This document shows, in pieces, positions 23,668 through 34,097 of a stretch of DNA of 64,000 bases. The stretch's first letter is position 1; each line of letters opens with the position of its first letter. Location: IMG/VR virus record IMGVR_UViG_3300009152_000001; one strand, written 5' to 3'. This stretch comes from an uncultured virus (IMG/VR IMGVR_UViG_3300009152_000001). Lineage: Duplodnaviria; Heunggongvirae; Uroviricota; Caudoviricetes. The notes beneath the pieces were generated by a model, which saw nothing but the letters and a program-made list of their open reading frames with translations, was not told the DNA's origin and did no database searches. The position numbers and the translations under genes are program-made.

Positions 23668-26600
23668 AAGACTTTCTCCCAGAAGTCCCCAGAAACCCCG
23701 TACGCCTTTACTCGCGGTGATTCGACCCAACCGCTGCCGCTCCATTCTTTAAACCGCGCGATCTTCCATTCGCCATCCCAAACCGCTAGATGTTTGGTTA
23801 TCTCTGGTGGACGGGATGCCCCGATAAGGTTGAACTCCGCAGTCACTGCGGGGAATCCTTCAGAGGGTCGAGATGACCGCGCCTCTAGCGTAAACTCCCC
23901 CAACACTTGTGTAACAGTTATCGGCCCTGCAACAGGTGTTGGGTGGTTACCACTCAAAGAGATAACACCGGTCTGCGTCCTACCAGATACCGCTGTTATG
24001 GTAATAAGGCCCAAAGTTGGTCCGGTAACAGTGGTAAAGGTAAAAACACCCACGTTTGAGTTTGAATAACTGCTAAATCCAGAGAAGACGAAGGTACCTT
24101 GGGCGTTGTTGATCGTCTGTGGGAAACTCTGTAGACTTATAGCGGTTGCATTTTGCAGAGTGGGTGAACCAGAAGCGGTTCGGATCGGTGAACCGACCGC
24201 CGCAGCGGTTGCTGGTGAAAGCGCCGAGGCCTCAGCACCACTCGCGATGATGGTGGCCTGCGCGGAAGCGGTTGCGGGGGCGAGAGACACACCTACTGAA
24301 CCAATAGCAACAGCGGCGGCTTGAGCGGTTCCAGTAGCGGCCCCTAGTGTTACTGCTCCAGATGATGTAACTACAGGTGCGCCTGTGGCATTACCTATAG
24401 CGGGTCCGAGAGTGGAAGTGGCAGTAGCAACTGATATAACAGTGGCAGACGCCGAAGACGTGGCGTTCGCAAGCGTTATCAACGCAAAGGTGTTTGAGCC
24501 TGCAAAAAGGACTCCAGTTGCAGTGGCCGCTCCAAGAATTGATGACCCTGAAATCAGAATAGTTGTGGTGGCAACCGCATTAGAGGTCGCAGCCCCCAGA
24601 GATGGGGTTGTGGTACCTACCACTATCGGTGTACCAGTGACAACGGCAGTGGCGTTTGCAAGGGCTGGGGTCGCTGTACCACTGGCTACCACTCGTGCAG
24701 TAGCAGACGCAGTAGCGGCTGCCAGTGAAGTAGCCCCTGTTGCGGAGGCTATTGGGCTACCTGCCACCGAACTTGTAGCGTTACCGAGGCTTGAGGCGTC
24801 CGTTCCTGTCGCTACAGGCGACCCAACTGCCGTCGTGGTGGCATCTGCCAAAGTGGGCGAGCCAGACAGTACTGCCGCTACGGTGGTGCCGCCACCATTA
24901 CCGTTAAACGTAATATCCCCGGGAGTGGCGGTAGCCGTGTAAACAGAAGTAACTGCTCCAGATACACCAGTGAACGTGAGATCGCCCCAACTACCAACTG
25001 AGAAGTTAAAGTTAAGGTCGGTATAAATTACAGTACTGCCGCCCCACTTAGTGGCCAAGTACGTGTTCAGTTTTTGCCAGTTAGCGTCCGTGGCGTTAGC
25101 ACCAGTGAGGACAACTATTTCTGCTATGGCACCGTCCCATGAACCAGTGGTCGATAGACCACCGACGCGCAGCGTTTGACCAGAGTTAGCCGTGCTGAGG
25201 GTACCGCTACCAGCCCCGGCCTTGCTCACAGGGTACCCGTCAGCGTAAAGACCGATACGGTCAGCCTCTGCTGCTTGAGAGGGGTCACCCAGCACACCCA
25301 CCACTTCAAGAGAGCCTACGGCTATAGGAGGTTCACCCCAGTTGTATAAAGCACGTCTTATATTAGTGGTACCACCAATATAGTAGTTCAAGGTCTCAGC
25401 CCCATACACCATCTGAGCACCATTTGTAGTGAGTGACGTAGATGCTGACGAGAGTAAATACCTTGTAGTGGTAGTAGTGTCAAGGACGAAAGCGGCTGCT
25501 ATCAGATAGATAGTTCCATCGTGCAGGAACTTCCAGTCAGTGGTAGTCCCTGAACCAACAAGAATGTCGTTACCATCGAAATCAACGACGTTCTTACCGT
25601 TGACAGTTCTTGTGTTAGTGGTCGGTTTAGCAGAGGCTGTTGACTGCGTGAATGTGCGGGCGTTGGTCGACTTGTCCAACCAACTTGACACAGCGTTTGC
25701 TGACTGAGTGATGGTGGCCGTATCCGAAGCGTCCAACCACAGTACGGGGGACAACTGCGAAGGGGAGAACCCCGACATGGCAGTAGCCGACGAGGTGGCC
25801 GCACCAAGGGTAACGGTTACGGTGCCAGCCGCTATAGGAGCACCAGATACTGCACCTGTAGCATCGCTAAGAACAGCAGCCGCCGTACCCGTTATTACGG
25901 GTGACCCCGTAGCAGCGCTGGTGGCATCACTTAGAGTTGGTGCGCCCGAGAGAAGCGAAGCAGTTACACCTGCGCCAGATGCTGTTGCATCCGTAAGTGT
26001 ACTGGATGATGTCCCCGTCATGACGGGGGCACCAATGGCGCTTCCTGTTGCGTTCGCAAGTGTGGCTGATTCTGTACCTTTTACTACTGGAGACCCAGAT
26101 GCGGAAGAAGTCGCCGCCCCCAACGTCGTAGAGGCGGGACCACCTGCGATAGGTGACGCGATTGTTATGGCTAGAGTGGTGGGGGTTAAGTTTACATAAG
26201 AGTTGTCTACTGGGTTGCCTACACCCGCTTTTATGAAACTTGAATAGAGCAGTAGTCGTGTGGGAGTATTAAAGGAAACACTAGAGATACTTAGCGGTAT
26301 CGTTATCGAAGATTGATCCACTAACTCCGATGTGTTTACGTTGCCCACGAGTGTCAAAGCGGGTGACGACGGGTTCACCCAGTCGCTGGCTGTTAGTGTT
26401 CCATAGTCTAGTTTATAAACTTCAATTCCGAAATCACTCACTGAGTTATCGGTGTTTATAGAAAGACTCAATGCAGCAGAGGAAACAGTTCCTATGTAGT
26501 TTGAGGTATTAAACTCTACATAACCAGCGTAGCCTTGGTTATTAGTCTGGGAGACACCCACTTGAACAGAGGCACCAATGGTGGCCTGCCTGATTGCGCC

Positions 26601-27491
26601 ACCGTTAAGGATGTCCGCTACTGTGCCAGCGACTGAGTTAGCAGTTACATACCCACTGTTAGAAGCATTCAGGGTTGTAAAAAGGGTTGAAGTCGGAGTT
26701 AGGAATTTGTTGAAGGTTAATTTGGGTACGAATGCAAAAAACTCGTAAACAAAATCGGCGGGTACCAAGTTGTTTGTGTTGTTCGCTGACGTGATCAGCA
26801 GACGTGTTTTACCGCCTGAAGTATTCAAACATGTCTTTGGAATAGCAATAGAAACCGTGGACCCAGCAGATATGGTAGAGGTATTAAATGTTGCTACGGG
26901 AGTAGTAATACTGGATAAGAATGCTAAGTTAGTACCAGTAACAAACTGATTTGTACCAAACGTGCCCGACCAAATATTATTAGCGTTTAAACTGTCGCCC
27001 CATATTTGAACAACAAAATCGTTTGCAGTGTTATCCGAAAAGGCAGGTATAGTGAAATCAAGGGTTACAGTGCCATACTGTGTAGACGTGTTACCCGAAG
27101 TGGTTGAGGTAGGCCCAAAGAACGCAGACGTATCAAACTCAATAAATGATTGATCTATCTCGTATCCTGTGTCTAAAGAACCTGCTTGCCCAACTACGAA
27201 AGTTGGGTATGTTATTTTAGACCCTAACCCGTTGCGTACGTCAGCATAAGACAAAGGGGGGTCGCTACTGTCAAACGACGCCACCGTTCCACCATTAGTG
27301 GTGGGCGACAGCGATACGGAGACAGTGTCACTCCACAGGTAACTGGAGGAAACCTTGCCACCTAAGGGGGCAGCGGGTGTACCATCAGCAAGAGTTGAGG
27401 TTGTAACTAGGGGGTCGAATCGCTGTACAGGTTTGGCACGGCCGTGCCCGAACCTACCGTTATTCGGGTACTGGCCTCTCGGGAGGGCCAT
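23664..27491 (-). CDS. Large Ala/Thr-rich fibre/adhesin with LamG-like domain
   Basis: FSPSQLSPVLWLDASD...VSSWLDKS...WDGAIAEIVV; ~22-aa LxxATxxAxG repeats; two related N-terminal beta domains. Confidence 0.7.
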   Translation of the reverse strand: MALPRGQYPNNGRFGHGRAKPVQRFDPLVTTSTLADGTPAAPLGGKVSSSYLWSDTVSVSLSPTTNGGTVASFDSSDPPLSYADVRNGLGSKITYPTFVVGQAGSLDTGYEIDQSFIEFDTSAFFGPTSTTSGNTSTQYGTVTLDFTIPAFSDNTANDFVVQIWGDSLNANNIWSGTFGTNQFVTGTNLAFLSSITTPVATFNTSTISAGSTVSIAIPKTCLNTSGGKTRLLITSANNTNNLVPADFVYEFFAFVPKLTFNKFLTPTSTLFTTLNASNSGYVTANSVAGTVADILNGGAIRQATIGASVQVGVSQTNNQGYAGYVEFNTSNYIGTVSSAALSLSINTDNSVSDFGIEVYKLDYGTLTASDWVNPSSPALTLVGNVNTSELVDQSSITIPLSISSVSFNTPTRLLLYSSFIKAGVGNPVDNSYVNLTPTTLAITIASPIAGGPASTTLGAATSSASGSPVVKGTESATLANATGSAIGAPVMTGTSSSTLTDATASGAGVTASLLSGAPTLSDATSAATGSPVITGTAAAVLSDATGAVSGAPIAAGTVTVTLGAATSSATAMSGFSPSQLSPVLWLDASDTATITQSANAVSSWLDKSTNARTFTQSTASAKPTTNTRTVNGKNVVDFDGNDILVGSGTTTDWKFLHDGTIYLIAAAFVLDTTTTTRYLLSSASTSLTTNGAQMVYGAETLNYYIGGTTNIRRALYNWGEPPIAVGSLEVVGVLGDPSQAAEADRIGLYADGYPVSKAGAGSGTLSTANSGQTLRVGGLSTTGSWDGAIAEIVVLTGANATDANWQKLNTYLATKWGGSTVIYTDLNFNFSVGSWGDLTFTGVSGAVTSVYTATATPGDITFNGNGGGTTVAAVLSGSPTLADATTTAVGSPVATGTDASSLGNATSSVAGSPIASATGATSLAAATASATARVVASGTATPALANATAVVTGTPIVVGTTTPSLGAATSNAVATTTILISGSSILGAATATGVLFAGSNTFALITLANATSSASATVISVATATSTLGPAIGNATGAPVVTSSGAVTLGAATGTAQAAAVAIGSVGVSLAPATASAQATIIASGAEASALSPATAAAVGSPIRTASGSPTLQNATAISLQSFPQTINNAQGTFVFSGFSSYSNSNVGVFTFTTVTGPTLGLITITAVSGRTQTGVISLSGNHPTPVAGPITVTQVLGEFTLEARSSRPSEGFPAVTAEFNLIGASRPPEITKHLAVWDGEWKIARFKEWSGSGWVESPRVKAYGVSGDFWEKVF

Positions 27492-27496
27492 GGCCC

Positions 27497-28321
27497 TTAA
27501 CCTTGCGCTAGTGTAAGAGTCATGAGCAGCGGACCAGTGGTGGTCGACGCTGACTCAAGAGCCATTCCAAGACAGGCGGAGTCATACACACGGGGCATAC
27601 CCAGATCGAACGCGTCATACAGGAACCCTGTAGAAGCAACAATGGGCAACTCGGCAAGACGGCGCACGATCATAAGACGGTAGGTACCGGAGGACCACGA
27701 AACGGTGTTCTGGATGGACTGCACTGACCTAACACCGGTATCACCGGCAGCCAAGGTGTACTTTTCTATGGTTCCGATTGCCGGAGAACTGATCTTAGTT
27801 GCAAGAAGCGATGCGCTTTTTGAACCTGCACCTGCGGCGTTCGTGTAGGTAATGGTTGAGGTACCAGAGGCGGTACCACCTGTTGCCAAAACCTCCATCC
27901 ACAGTTCTGTTCCTGTTCCCGTGGAATCTGGGCGAGTAAGAGCCGGTGGAGATACCGTTGACTGCAAGGCGGTGCTGGTAACAGACCAACCGCTACCACC
28001 TGATGTCCATATCCATAGCATGTCGTACAGCACCAGCACACCGGAGGCAGTGGTGCTGTTTGCTATACCGGAGGCGCGCCCTAAGTATGAGTACGCGCCG
28101 CCAGTCGGGTTGGAGAACGTGATGGCACCTGTAGTGGCTGACGTAGATACAACGCCCGCAGTCGTTTGGCCCGAGGTCGTATCACCTGTCGCAGGTTGAC
28201 CAGTTGCAGACCACAGTGAGAACAACCTGTTCGCTACTGACGTTACGCTTGCCTTGTTTATCGCCAACCGCTGTCCGCCACCCAACCCAGAGACAAGACC
28301 ATCTTGTGTAGTTATAGCCAT
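27497..28321 (-). CDS. Virion structural protein (fibre-associated)
   Basis: Ser/Thr/Gly-rich; LAAGDTGVRSVQS, LGMPRVYDSACL; AAAGGA RBS. Confidence 0.6.
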   Translation of the reverse strand: MAITTQDGLVSGLGGGQRLAINKASVTSVANRLFSLWSATGQPATGDTTSGQTTAGVVSTSATTGAITFSNPTGGAYSYLGRASGIANSTTASGVLVLYDMLWIWTSGGSGWSVTSTALQSTVSPPALTRPDSTGTGTELWMEVLATGGTASGTSTITYTNAAGAGSKSASLLATKISSPAIGTIEKYTLAAGDTGVRSVQSIQNTVSWSSGTYRLMIVRRLAELPIVASTGFLYDAFDLGMPRVYDSACLGMALESASTTTGPLLMTLTLAQG

Positions 28322-28366
28322 TTACAGATGTCCTTTAAATAGGGTAGAGACAAAAAACAACTTAGT

Positions 28367-28792
28367 TCAGGTGTTGGCTTCCGTAATCGTAAACGAAGTG
28401 ATTTGTACCGGCTGAGTACTGGCGATTGTTACTGAGGGCATGTTGAGGTCTTGACCGCTGGTGCCGACGGTACCATCAAGCAGGGTGGCGGTCGTGTTGC
28501 CATTGATCAGTCGAAACCAACCAGCGTCACCGGCAGCAACTCCGGTACCACTGGCGACTACACCGCTAGTACTTGTAAGAGTTAGTACCCCACCAGTAGC
28601 CGCGGCCGCGAACCCCGATTGGAAAGTGAGTTCAGCCAGAAGGGTTCCAGTAGCGGTGGCACTTGCACCGCCTGTGGGCTTTGAACCTGTGTAGAGGCGA
28701 ATCTTTGCGGCGGTTGCACCACCAGAGGTGGCCGCTGTCGTAATAGCGTCAAGGCGCGAACTACGAAGAGAAGCGATCATTGAAAGGGCCAT
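28367..28792 (-). CDS. Small virion structural protein
   Basis: KIRLYTGSKP, GTLLAELTF, AGWFRL, LDGTVGTSG; GGAGG RBS. Confidence 0.65.
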   Translation of the reverse strand: MALSMIASLRSSRLDAITTAATSGGATAAKIRLYTGSKPTGGASATATGTLLAELTFQSGFAAAATGGVLTLTSTSGVVASGTGVAAGDAGWFRLINGNTTATLLDGTVGTSGQDLNMPSVTIASTQPVQITSFTITEANT

Positions 28793-28793
28793 A

Positions 28794-28964
28794 TCAAACC
28801 TCCGGTTGGATGTGCGAAATACGAATATCGTCTAAGAACCACTCAATTATACTTGACATTGATGGTCCCCAGTACTCTTGCGGAAAGTGGGTAGCGCCTA
28901 GGTACTCGTCACTTGAGTCTTCCCAGACAGTAACACCATCTTTATCAACACGATAAGTAAACAT
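28794..28964 (-). CDS. Hypothetical protein (56 aa)
   Basis: MFTYRVDKDGVTVWEDSSDEY...; fills the gap exactly. Confidence 0.5.
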   Translation of the reverse strand: MFTYRVDKDGVTVWEDSSDEYLGATHFPQEYWGPSMSSIIEWFLDDIRISHIQPEV

Positions 28965-28966
28965 AA

Positions 28967-29455
28967 TCAACTCGCTCTGTAGATGTCGTTAAGGGCGTAG
29001 GTCAACGACCCGCCGTTGGTTGTAATGGGAGAGGTAAACCAGTCGATTGACAACAGCGGGTAATCTGCGTCAGTTGTACCCGTAGATGTCGTATAGAAGA
29101 ATACACCATAGAGGTTGTTGTTGACTACACCACCAGCGGTGGCTATCGTCCAAGAAGTAGAGCACGAGAAGTTAACACGGTTGTTGGTGTCGTCTTCAGT
29201 AGCACTGGTTCGGGTGAGTGTGAACCGAGGACCAGTCGGATAGTTGGTGAAGTTCGCCTCCTGCGCCAGACCCGTACCGGTAGTGAGGATTTGGCCCAAG
29301 AAGTTGAGTTGGGCGACTTCTGCTGCCGTGTCATAGGCGGCGTTCTGGGCCGCTTGGATGTAACCGCATTTGATAGCGCCAGCGGCAGCAGTGTCCCATT
29401 CACCCTTGGTGAGGAGGTACTTGCCCCTGTTTGTTAGAAAGTGGCCGGTTGCCAT
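28967..29455 (-). CDS. Small virion structural protein
   Basis: EDDTNNRVNF, ITTNGGSLT; AAAGGA RBS. Confidence 0.65.
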   Translation of the reverse strand: MATGHFLTNRGKYLLTKGEWDTAAAGAIKCGYIQAAQNAAYDTAAEVAQLNFLGQILTTGTGLAQEANFTNYPTGPRFTLTRTSATEDDTNNRVNFSCSTSWTIATAGGVVNNNLYGVFFYTTSTGTTDADYPLLSIDWFTSPITTNGGSLTYALNDIYRAS

Positions 29456-29530
29456 TCAATCGTCCTTTCCTTGCATCTGTGTGCTCAATGATACCAGTAA
29501 TGGTATAGTTGAAGTTTGGAGGAGTCATCC

Positions 29531-30337
29531 ATGTACATGCTTGGTTACACAGGACAGACCGTCACACGGACTCAACTTCTGGCGCACCCCATGTGGGTTC
29601 GCATCGAACCTGAGTTCCGTCGTCGCCTTCTGGCCCTTATGGATTTGTGCATAGCAGCAGGTAAGCCCATTGGTGTGGGCGGCAGTTGGCGTTCCGCTGA
29701 TACCCAACGCAACCTGTTCTTGTCGCGTTACATCGTAGAAGACGACGCTGACCTCACTGGTGACGTTTTCTGGGAGGGCAAGTTCTGGGAACGCAAACCC
29801 GGTGTAGCCCCAGCCGCCCCTCCCGGTCTTTCGTACCATGAACCCTGCACCCCAGAGGGGTACTGCCTCGCCGTGGACATGGTTGGCGATGTCAAGTTCG
29901 CAGCCACGCTGGCATCAAAGTGCGGCCTGAAGGAGTTCGGCAACGTAAGCGGTGAGATATGGCATTACCAGCCGTATGAACTCCCTAACAGTCGGCGCAC
30001 CTTCACCGCGAGCATGGTTCCACTAAAAGCGTTCGCAGGCCCAACGCCAGTTCCTCCACCCCCACCCCCAAAACCCATCGTGGTGGTTCCCGCCCCAACC
30101 CTCCGGTTGATCACCCCCATCAACATGACTGGTCTTGAAGTCTCCAAGTTGCAGCAGATCATGGCATTCTGGGGCTGGTACACAGGTAAGGCCGATGGCT
30201 GGTTTGGCCCCGTAACCCACGCCGCTGTGAAAGCGATGCAAAAGGCCCTCGGCATAACTCAGGACGGTGTGTACGGCCCTGTGACTGCTGCAAAGTACAA
30301 GGCTTTTGCAGAGTTCATGGCGTCAGTCCCTAACTGA
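29531..30337 (+). CDS. Endolysin: M15 (VanY-like) peptidase plus C-terminal peptidoglycan-binding domain
   Basis: WRSADTQ, APPGLSYHE, LAVD, EIWHYQ; Pro linker; ADGWFGPVTHAAVKAMQKALGITQDGVYGPVT. Confidence 0.88.
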   Translation: MYMLGYTGQTVTRTQLLAHPMWVRIEPEFRRRLLALMDLCIAAGKPIGVGGSWRSADTQRNLFLSRYIVEDDADLTGDVFWEGKFWERKPGVAPAAPPGLSYHEPCTPEGYCLAVDMVGDVKFAATLASKCGLKEFGNVSGEIWHYQPYELPNSRRTFTASMVPLKAFAGPTPVPPPPPPKPIVVVPAPTLRLITPINMTGLEVSKLQQIMAFWGWYTGKADGWFGPVTHAAVKAMQKALGITQDGVYGPVTAAKYKAFAEFMASVPN

Positions 30338-30347
30338 GGAGTAACAC

Positions 30348-31226
30348 ATGGCAGTACAGATTCAATTCCGCAGGGGCGCTTCAGCCGCTTGGGCCTCAGC
30401 CAACCCGGTACTGGCTGACGGCGAACTTGGTCTTGACACCACCAGTTACACCTACAAGATCGGTAACGGCGCTTCTACATGGACCCAGTTGCCTTATCAA
30501 TCCCTCCCAGCGTCAACCCTTAGTTCTGCCGTGTACACCGCAAAGGGAACCATCGCGGCGGCTAGCGCAGCAAACTCACCTGTCGCTGTTACCGTTGGTG
30601 CAAACAACACTCTTCTGGTTGCTGACAGCACACAGACTGCGGGTGTGAAGTGGGCAAGCACCTTGTCAGGGCTAACCCTTACTTCTCCGACTATCAACAC
30701 TCCGACGATAACGGCCCCTAACATCACGGGTGCCGCGTCAATAGGCTCTGGTGCAACACTCACCTCCCCTACGGTGACCACGCCAACCGTAACCACTCCT
30801 ACTGTTACCAACGGCACCGCGACCAACCTCACCCTGTTTAGCCCCAAGGAAGGGTGGACTACCTCAGCGTCTGCCATTCCAGCCACGGCGACTATCGACG
30901 TGATGACCGCTACCAACGTGTATTACACAGGCAGCGCCAGCGCCAACTGGACTTTCAACTTCCGAGGTAATGGTTCAACAGCGGCCAGCGCTTATCTAGG
31001 GGTTGGGCAGTCAACAACTGTTGGCGTACTGGTTACGAACGGCGCGTCTGCCTACTACCCAACAGCCTTCCAGATCGACGGTGCCGCTGTTACCCCCAAG
31101 TGGCAAAACGGTGTAGCCCCAACGGCTGGTAACGCCAACTCGGTGGATGCTTACCTGTTCACCATCGTGAAGACTGCCGCTACCCCTACCTACACCGTAT
31201 TCGCCTCACAGACCAAGTTTGCCTAA
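30348..31226 (+). CDS. Fibre protein with Mtd/hyaluronidase-type N-terminal domain
   Basis: MAVQIQFRRGASAAWASANPVLADGELGLDT...KIGNG; TPT(I/V) repeats. Confidence 0.8.
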   Translation: MAVQIQFRRGASAAWASANPVLADGELGLDTTSYTYKIGNGASTWTQLPYQSLPASTLSSAVYTAKGTIAAASAANSPVAVTVGANNTLLVADSTQTAGVKWASTLSGLTLTSPTINTPTITAPNITGAASIGSGATLTSPTVTTPTVTTPTVTNGTATNLTLFSPKEGWTTSASAIPATATIDVMTATNVYYTGSASANWTFNFRGNGSTAASAYLGVGQSTTVGVLVTNGASAYYPTAFQIDGAAVTPKWQNGVAPTAGNANSVDAYLFTIVKTAATPTYTVFASQTKFA

Positions 31227-32932
31227 TGACTCTAGGTTCAACCTTTGGAACTCGGGGCTTGGGTTACTTGTCCTACTCCGTGGTTGGGGCAGTGACCGGC
31301 GCTTCCATCTCGTCGTTCTTCTTCGGTGGGCAGCAGGTTCTGCTGTCGTGGACACTTCCAACGGTTTCCACCACTCTTACCGCTATTGAAGTGGATTGGA
31401 GTATCAACGGGACTTACCAAGCCACCGAGAGTTACGACCCTGCGACTACCTCTATCACCAAAGCCATCACGGGTGGCCAGCAGGTGGGGGCGCGCATCCG
31501 ATGCAAGGGAACAAGCGGTGGTTACAGCAGTTACACCGTAGTGTCCGCCATCACAACGCCTCCGGAAAGGCCCACCAACTTCACCGTTGTGTACGGTGGT
31601 TCAACAGGCACGGCCCTCCTCTCTTGGACAAACGCGGCCACCTCTACAAGTACCGTCATAACCCGCACTATCGGAGAGTCAGTAACTACCATAAGTGTGG
31701 GGTCTGCCTCCGCGAGTTACACGGATAGCCCCGGAGTGGGCGGGATACAGGTGTACTACACCCTCACGGCAGTCAATGGTGGTGGTTCGGCTCCCCCTAC
31801 CTTCCCTACGATTGTTTATGTTACCGATCCAAACCCTCCCACTATCGGAAGTTTTACCGCCAGCAACCCCGGTATCTTGGCGTTGGTCTCTACCGCTCCT
31901 GCGCAGACGAACATCGCCAGTTACCAAATGAGTCTGGAAGTGTACAGCAGTGGAACTTGGACGACATCGGCGTCTGTCACAGGGGTGCTGTCTCCCAGTT
32001 ACACATGGGGCACCAACACAGCAACCCACGGTTCTATCTACCGCGCCAAGGTTCGGTCTGTGGACACCAACGCTCTGGTCTCTACGTGGGCTACGTCGGC
32101 CTCGGTGGCTGCTATCAATGACACGGTGCCCCCGGTCGTGGCTGCGCCCACCATCTCAGCGTGGATCCCCGATTTTTCTGGGTTCACTGTTACTCGTTCA
32201 GCAACTACCGACGCGCTTTCCTCGTTGGCATCAGTGGTACTTGAGGTCAGTTATGACGGCGGCGCATCCATTTACGAAACAGTCTCCGTGACTGGGGCGA
32301 GTGGTACCACTAACCACGTGATAGCCACTGCCAAACGTGGTCTTGATGTGTCGTACCGGATCAAGGCAACCGACTCTCTAGGGAACGCCGCAGCCAGCAG
32401 TTGGGTCACCAAGACAACCAAGCCTCTTGGCACATTCTTCGTGGCTGCTATTCAAACGTCAACATGGGAAACGGCAGGAGCACCTTCTTGGCGTACTGAC
32501 ACAGACGACGTTGTCAGTGGTCGGTTGGACGCCAGTTACGAAACCCAAAGCGGTTTCTGGTTCTACGGTACCGGTGTGGTCGACACCTGCAAGGGGTACG
32601 CCCCAGATAGTGGCACCCTGCTCGTACAACGGCAAGGCACGGCAGGTTTCAATGGTACCGTCCTTCTAGGAACCCATACCAGTACCACGCGTCCAACGTC
32701 AGCACCGACTGTATCAAACACCGCCACCGGCCCCGACCTCTCTGGTACCGGCCCCAACCACTCTGGTGCCGCGTACCAAGTTGCGTATCATACCTTGTCT
32801 GGTGCCCAGTTGACCGCGGTTGGTAACGGTACTGCTGCTGGATTTGCGTCAGTAGACCCCGGTGGTTACCGCCGATTGGCTGGCGTGTCCTCTAACGGTT
32901 ACAGTGGGCTACTAACACTAGTCTTCAACTAA
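31226..32932 (+). CDS. Fibronectin type III repeat virion protein
   Basis: LLSWT, YYTLTAVN, YRAKVRSVD, YRIKATDSLGN. Confidence 0.75.
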   Translation: MTLGSTFGTRGLGYLSYSVVGAVTGASISSFFFGGQQVLLSWTLPTVSTTLTAIEVDWSINGTYQATESYDPATTSITKAITGGQQVGARIRCKGTSGGYSSYTVVSAITTPPERPTNFTVVYGGSTGTALLSWTNAATSTSTVITRTIGESVTTISVGSASASYTDSPGVGGIQVYYTLTAVNGGGSAPPTFPTIVYVTDPNPPTIGSFTASNPGILALVSTAPAQTNIASYQMSLEVYSSGTWTTSASVTGVLSPSYTWGTNTATHGSIYRAKVRSVDTNALVSTWATSASVAAINDTVPPVVAAPTISAWIPDFSGFTVTRSATTDALSSLASVVLEVSYDGGASIYETVSVTGASGTTNHVIATAKRGLDVSYRIKATDSLGNAAASSWVTKTTKPLGTFFVAAIQTSTWETAGAPSWRTDTDDVVSGRLDASYETQSGFWFYGTGVVDTCKGYAPDSGTLLVQRQGTAGFNGTVLLGTHTSTTRPTSAPTVSNTATGPDLSGTGPNHSGAAYQVAYHTLSGAQLTAVGNGTAAGFASVDPGGYRRLAGVSSNGYSGLLTLVFN

Positions 32933-32941
32933 GGAGTTGAG

Positions 32942-33544
32942 ATGGCTACTAGAAAAAGTGGTATAGGCCAGTTTGGTCTTGAACGGTTTAAACAAGGCTT
33001 AGAAGACGTAGGTGTAAAACGGGGCAAATACGAAGAAGCCTTTGAGAGTGCAGTACAGGATATAAACCGTCCGTACTCGGAAGACGAAGGTCCCAGTTCT
33101 CTTTCTGTTGAGGAACTGTGCGCTCGCTTAGGTCTAAACTACACCTTATGCTTTGGCAAATATCAACCTGCTATGTCACTAGAAAATGGTGAAAGTACAC
33201 GTGTTCGTGCCATGCAGTTTATTCCTGATGGGGATTTACGTGAAACTCTTACTTCTATCCTTGATCAAACTAAGGACTTAAGTGAGCGCCCCCAGCCCCA
33301 CCAACCCGCTATTGAAGGGGGTACCCCTAGGTTGAGGGACAACTACATGAACTTCAATAGCGACGCGTATGACGCGATAATAGGTGGTGTAGTAGTTGAG
33401 TGGGTTAACAGGCCAAGTGGTAACTGGCATTGGGAGTACTACGACGTACCACTGAGAGAATACCTAAGGTTCCGAACGGCTACCTCCCCCGGTGCCTATC
33501 TGAACAGGAATACGATGCCCATTCACGGGCCTTACGTTGGGTAA
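32942..33544 (+). CDS. Hypothetical protein with KTSC-like C-terminus
   Basis: STRVRAMQF...WEYYDVPLREYLRFRTATSPGAYLN. Confidence 0.55.
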   Translation: MATRKSGIGQFGLERFKQGLEDVGVKRGKYEEAFESAVQDINRPYSEDEGPSSLSVEELCARLGLNYTLCFGKYQPAMSLENGESTRVRAMQFIPDGDLRETLTSILDQTKDLSERPQPHQPAIEGGTPRLRDNYMNFNSDAYDAIIGGVVVEWVNRPSGNWHWEYYDVPLREYLRFRTATSPGAYLNRNTMPIHGPYVG

Positions 33545-33546
33545 TC

Positions 33547-33876
33547 ATGACTATAATACAATTAGTATTAGTGTTTCTTTTGACCATACTAGGTATTAGA
33601 CTCTATAAAAAGGGAATTGTATTCGTAGGTTCACTTTATGTAGCAATAAGAAATAATGGTTCTGATACCGCTCCCTATGTATCCAAGGGGATATACCGAG
33701 AGTTGTACCCGCCTTGGCGCAGAGGTTCCGGTATAGAATTCCGAGTGTCCAAGTATGTTTTGCATATAGGAATCTGTAAAAAGGTTTCTCCAGAGACATC
33801 TGAAGATGGGTTCCTACAGGCGATGGACGGCAAGTGGTTAGACTTGGATGTAGACGCTATAAAGAGATGGAATTGA
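33547..33876 (+). CDS. Hypothetical membrane-anchored protein
   Basis: N-terminal TM helix; start moved to ATG 33547. Confidence 0.55.
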   Translation: MTIIQLVLVFLLTILGIRLYKKGIVFVGSLYVAIRNNGSDTAPYVSKGIYRELYPPWRRGSGIEFRVSKYVLHIGICKKVSPETSEDGFLQAMDGKWLDLDVDAIKRWN

Positions 33877-34097
33877 TGAAACTGTTCAACAAGCCGAGTG
33901 CCAAACCATCCGTGCCTGCGAGGGTGTCTCGGATGTCAACCCCTGACCTAAATTCTTGGGCGAGTCTGCTTGTCATGCAGGCGGGCCAAGCACTAGACCA
34001 CTGGACGTACCGTGATGGCCCTCCCTCAGAGGTGACCGACGCCCTGACTGCACTCAACCAAGTGTGGACTGAACTGCTGGGGCGCAAACGTGACTGA
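33876..34097 (+). CDS. Hypothetical protein upstream of terminase
   Basis: TGATG overlap; overlaps terminase start. Confidence 0.55.
   Translation: MKLFNKPSAKPSVPARVSRMSTPDLNSWASLLVMQAGQALDHWTYRDGPPSEVTDALTALNQVWTELLGRKRD

Noticed and set aside
23910..25821. Palindrome near-matches at 23910 and 25809
   Set aside because: Two mismatches each, inside a Thr/Val-rich gene where VTVT-like peptides are expected.
23664..29455. Invertase-controlled tail fibre switch
   Set aside because: No flanking inverted repeats or recombinase were found, and whole genes rather than 3' ends are reversed.
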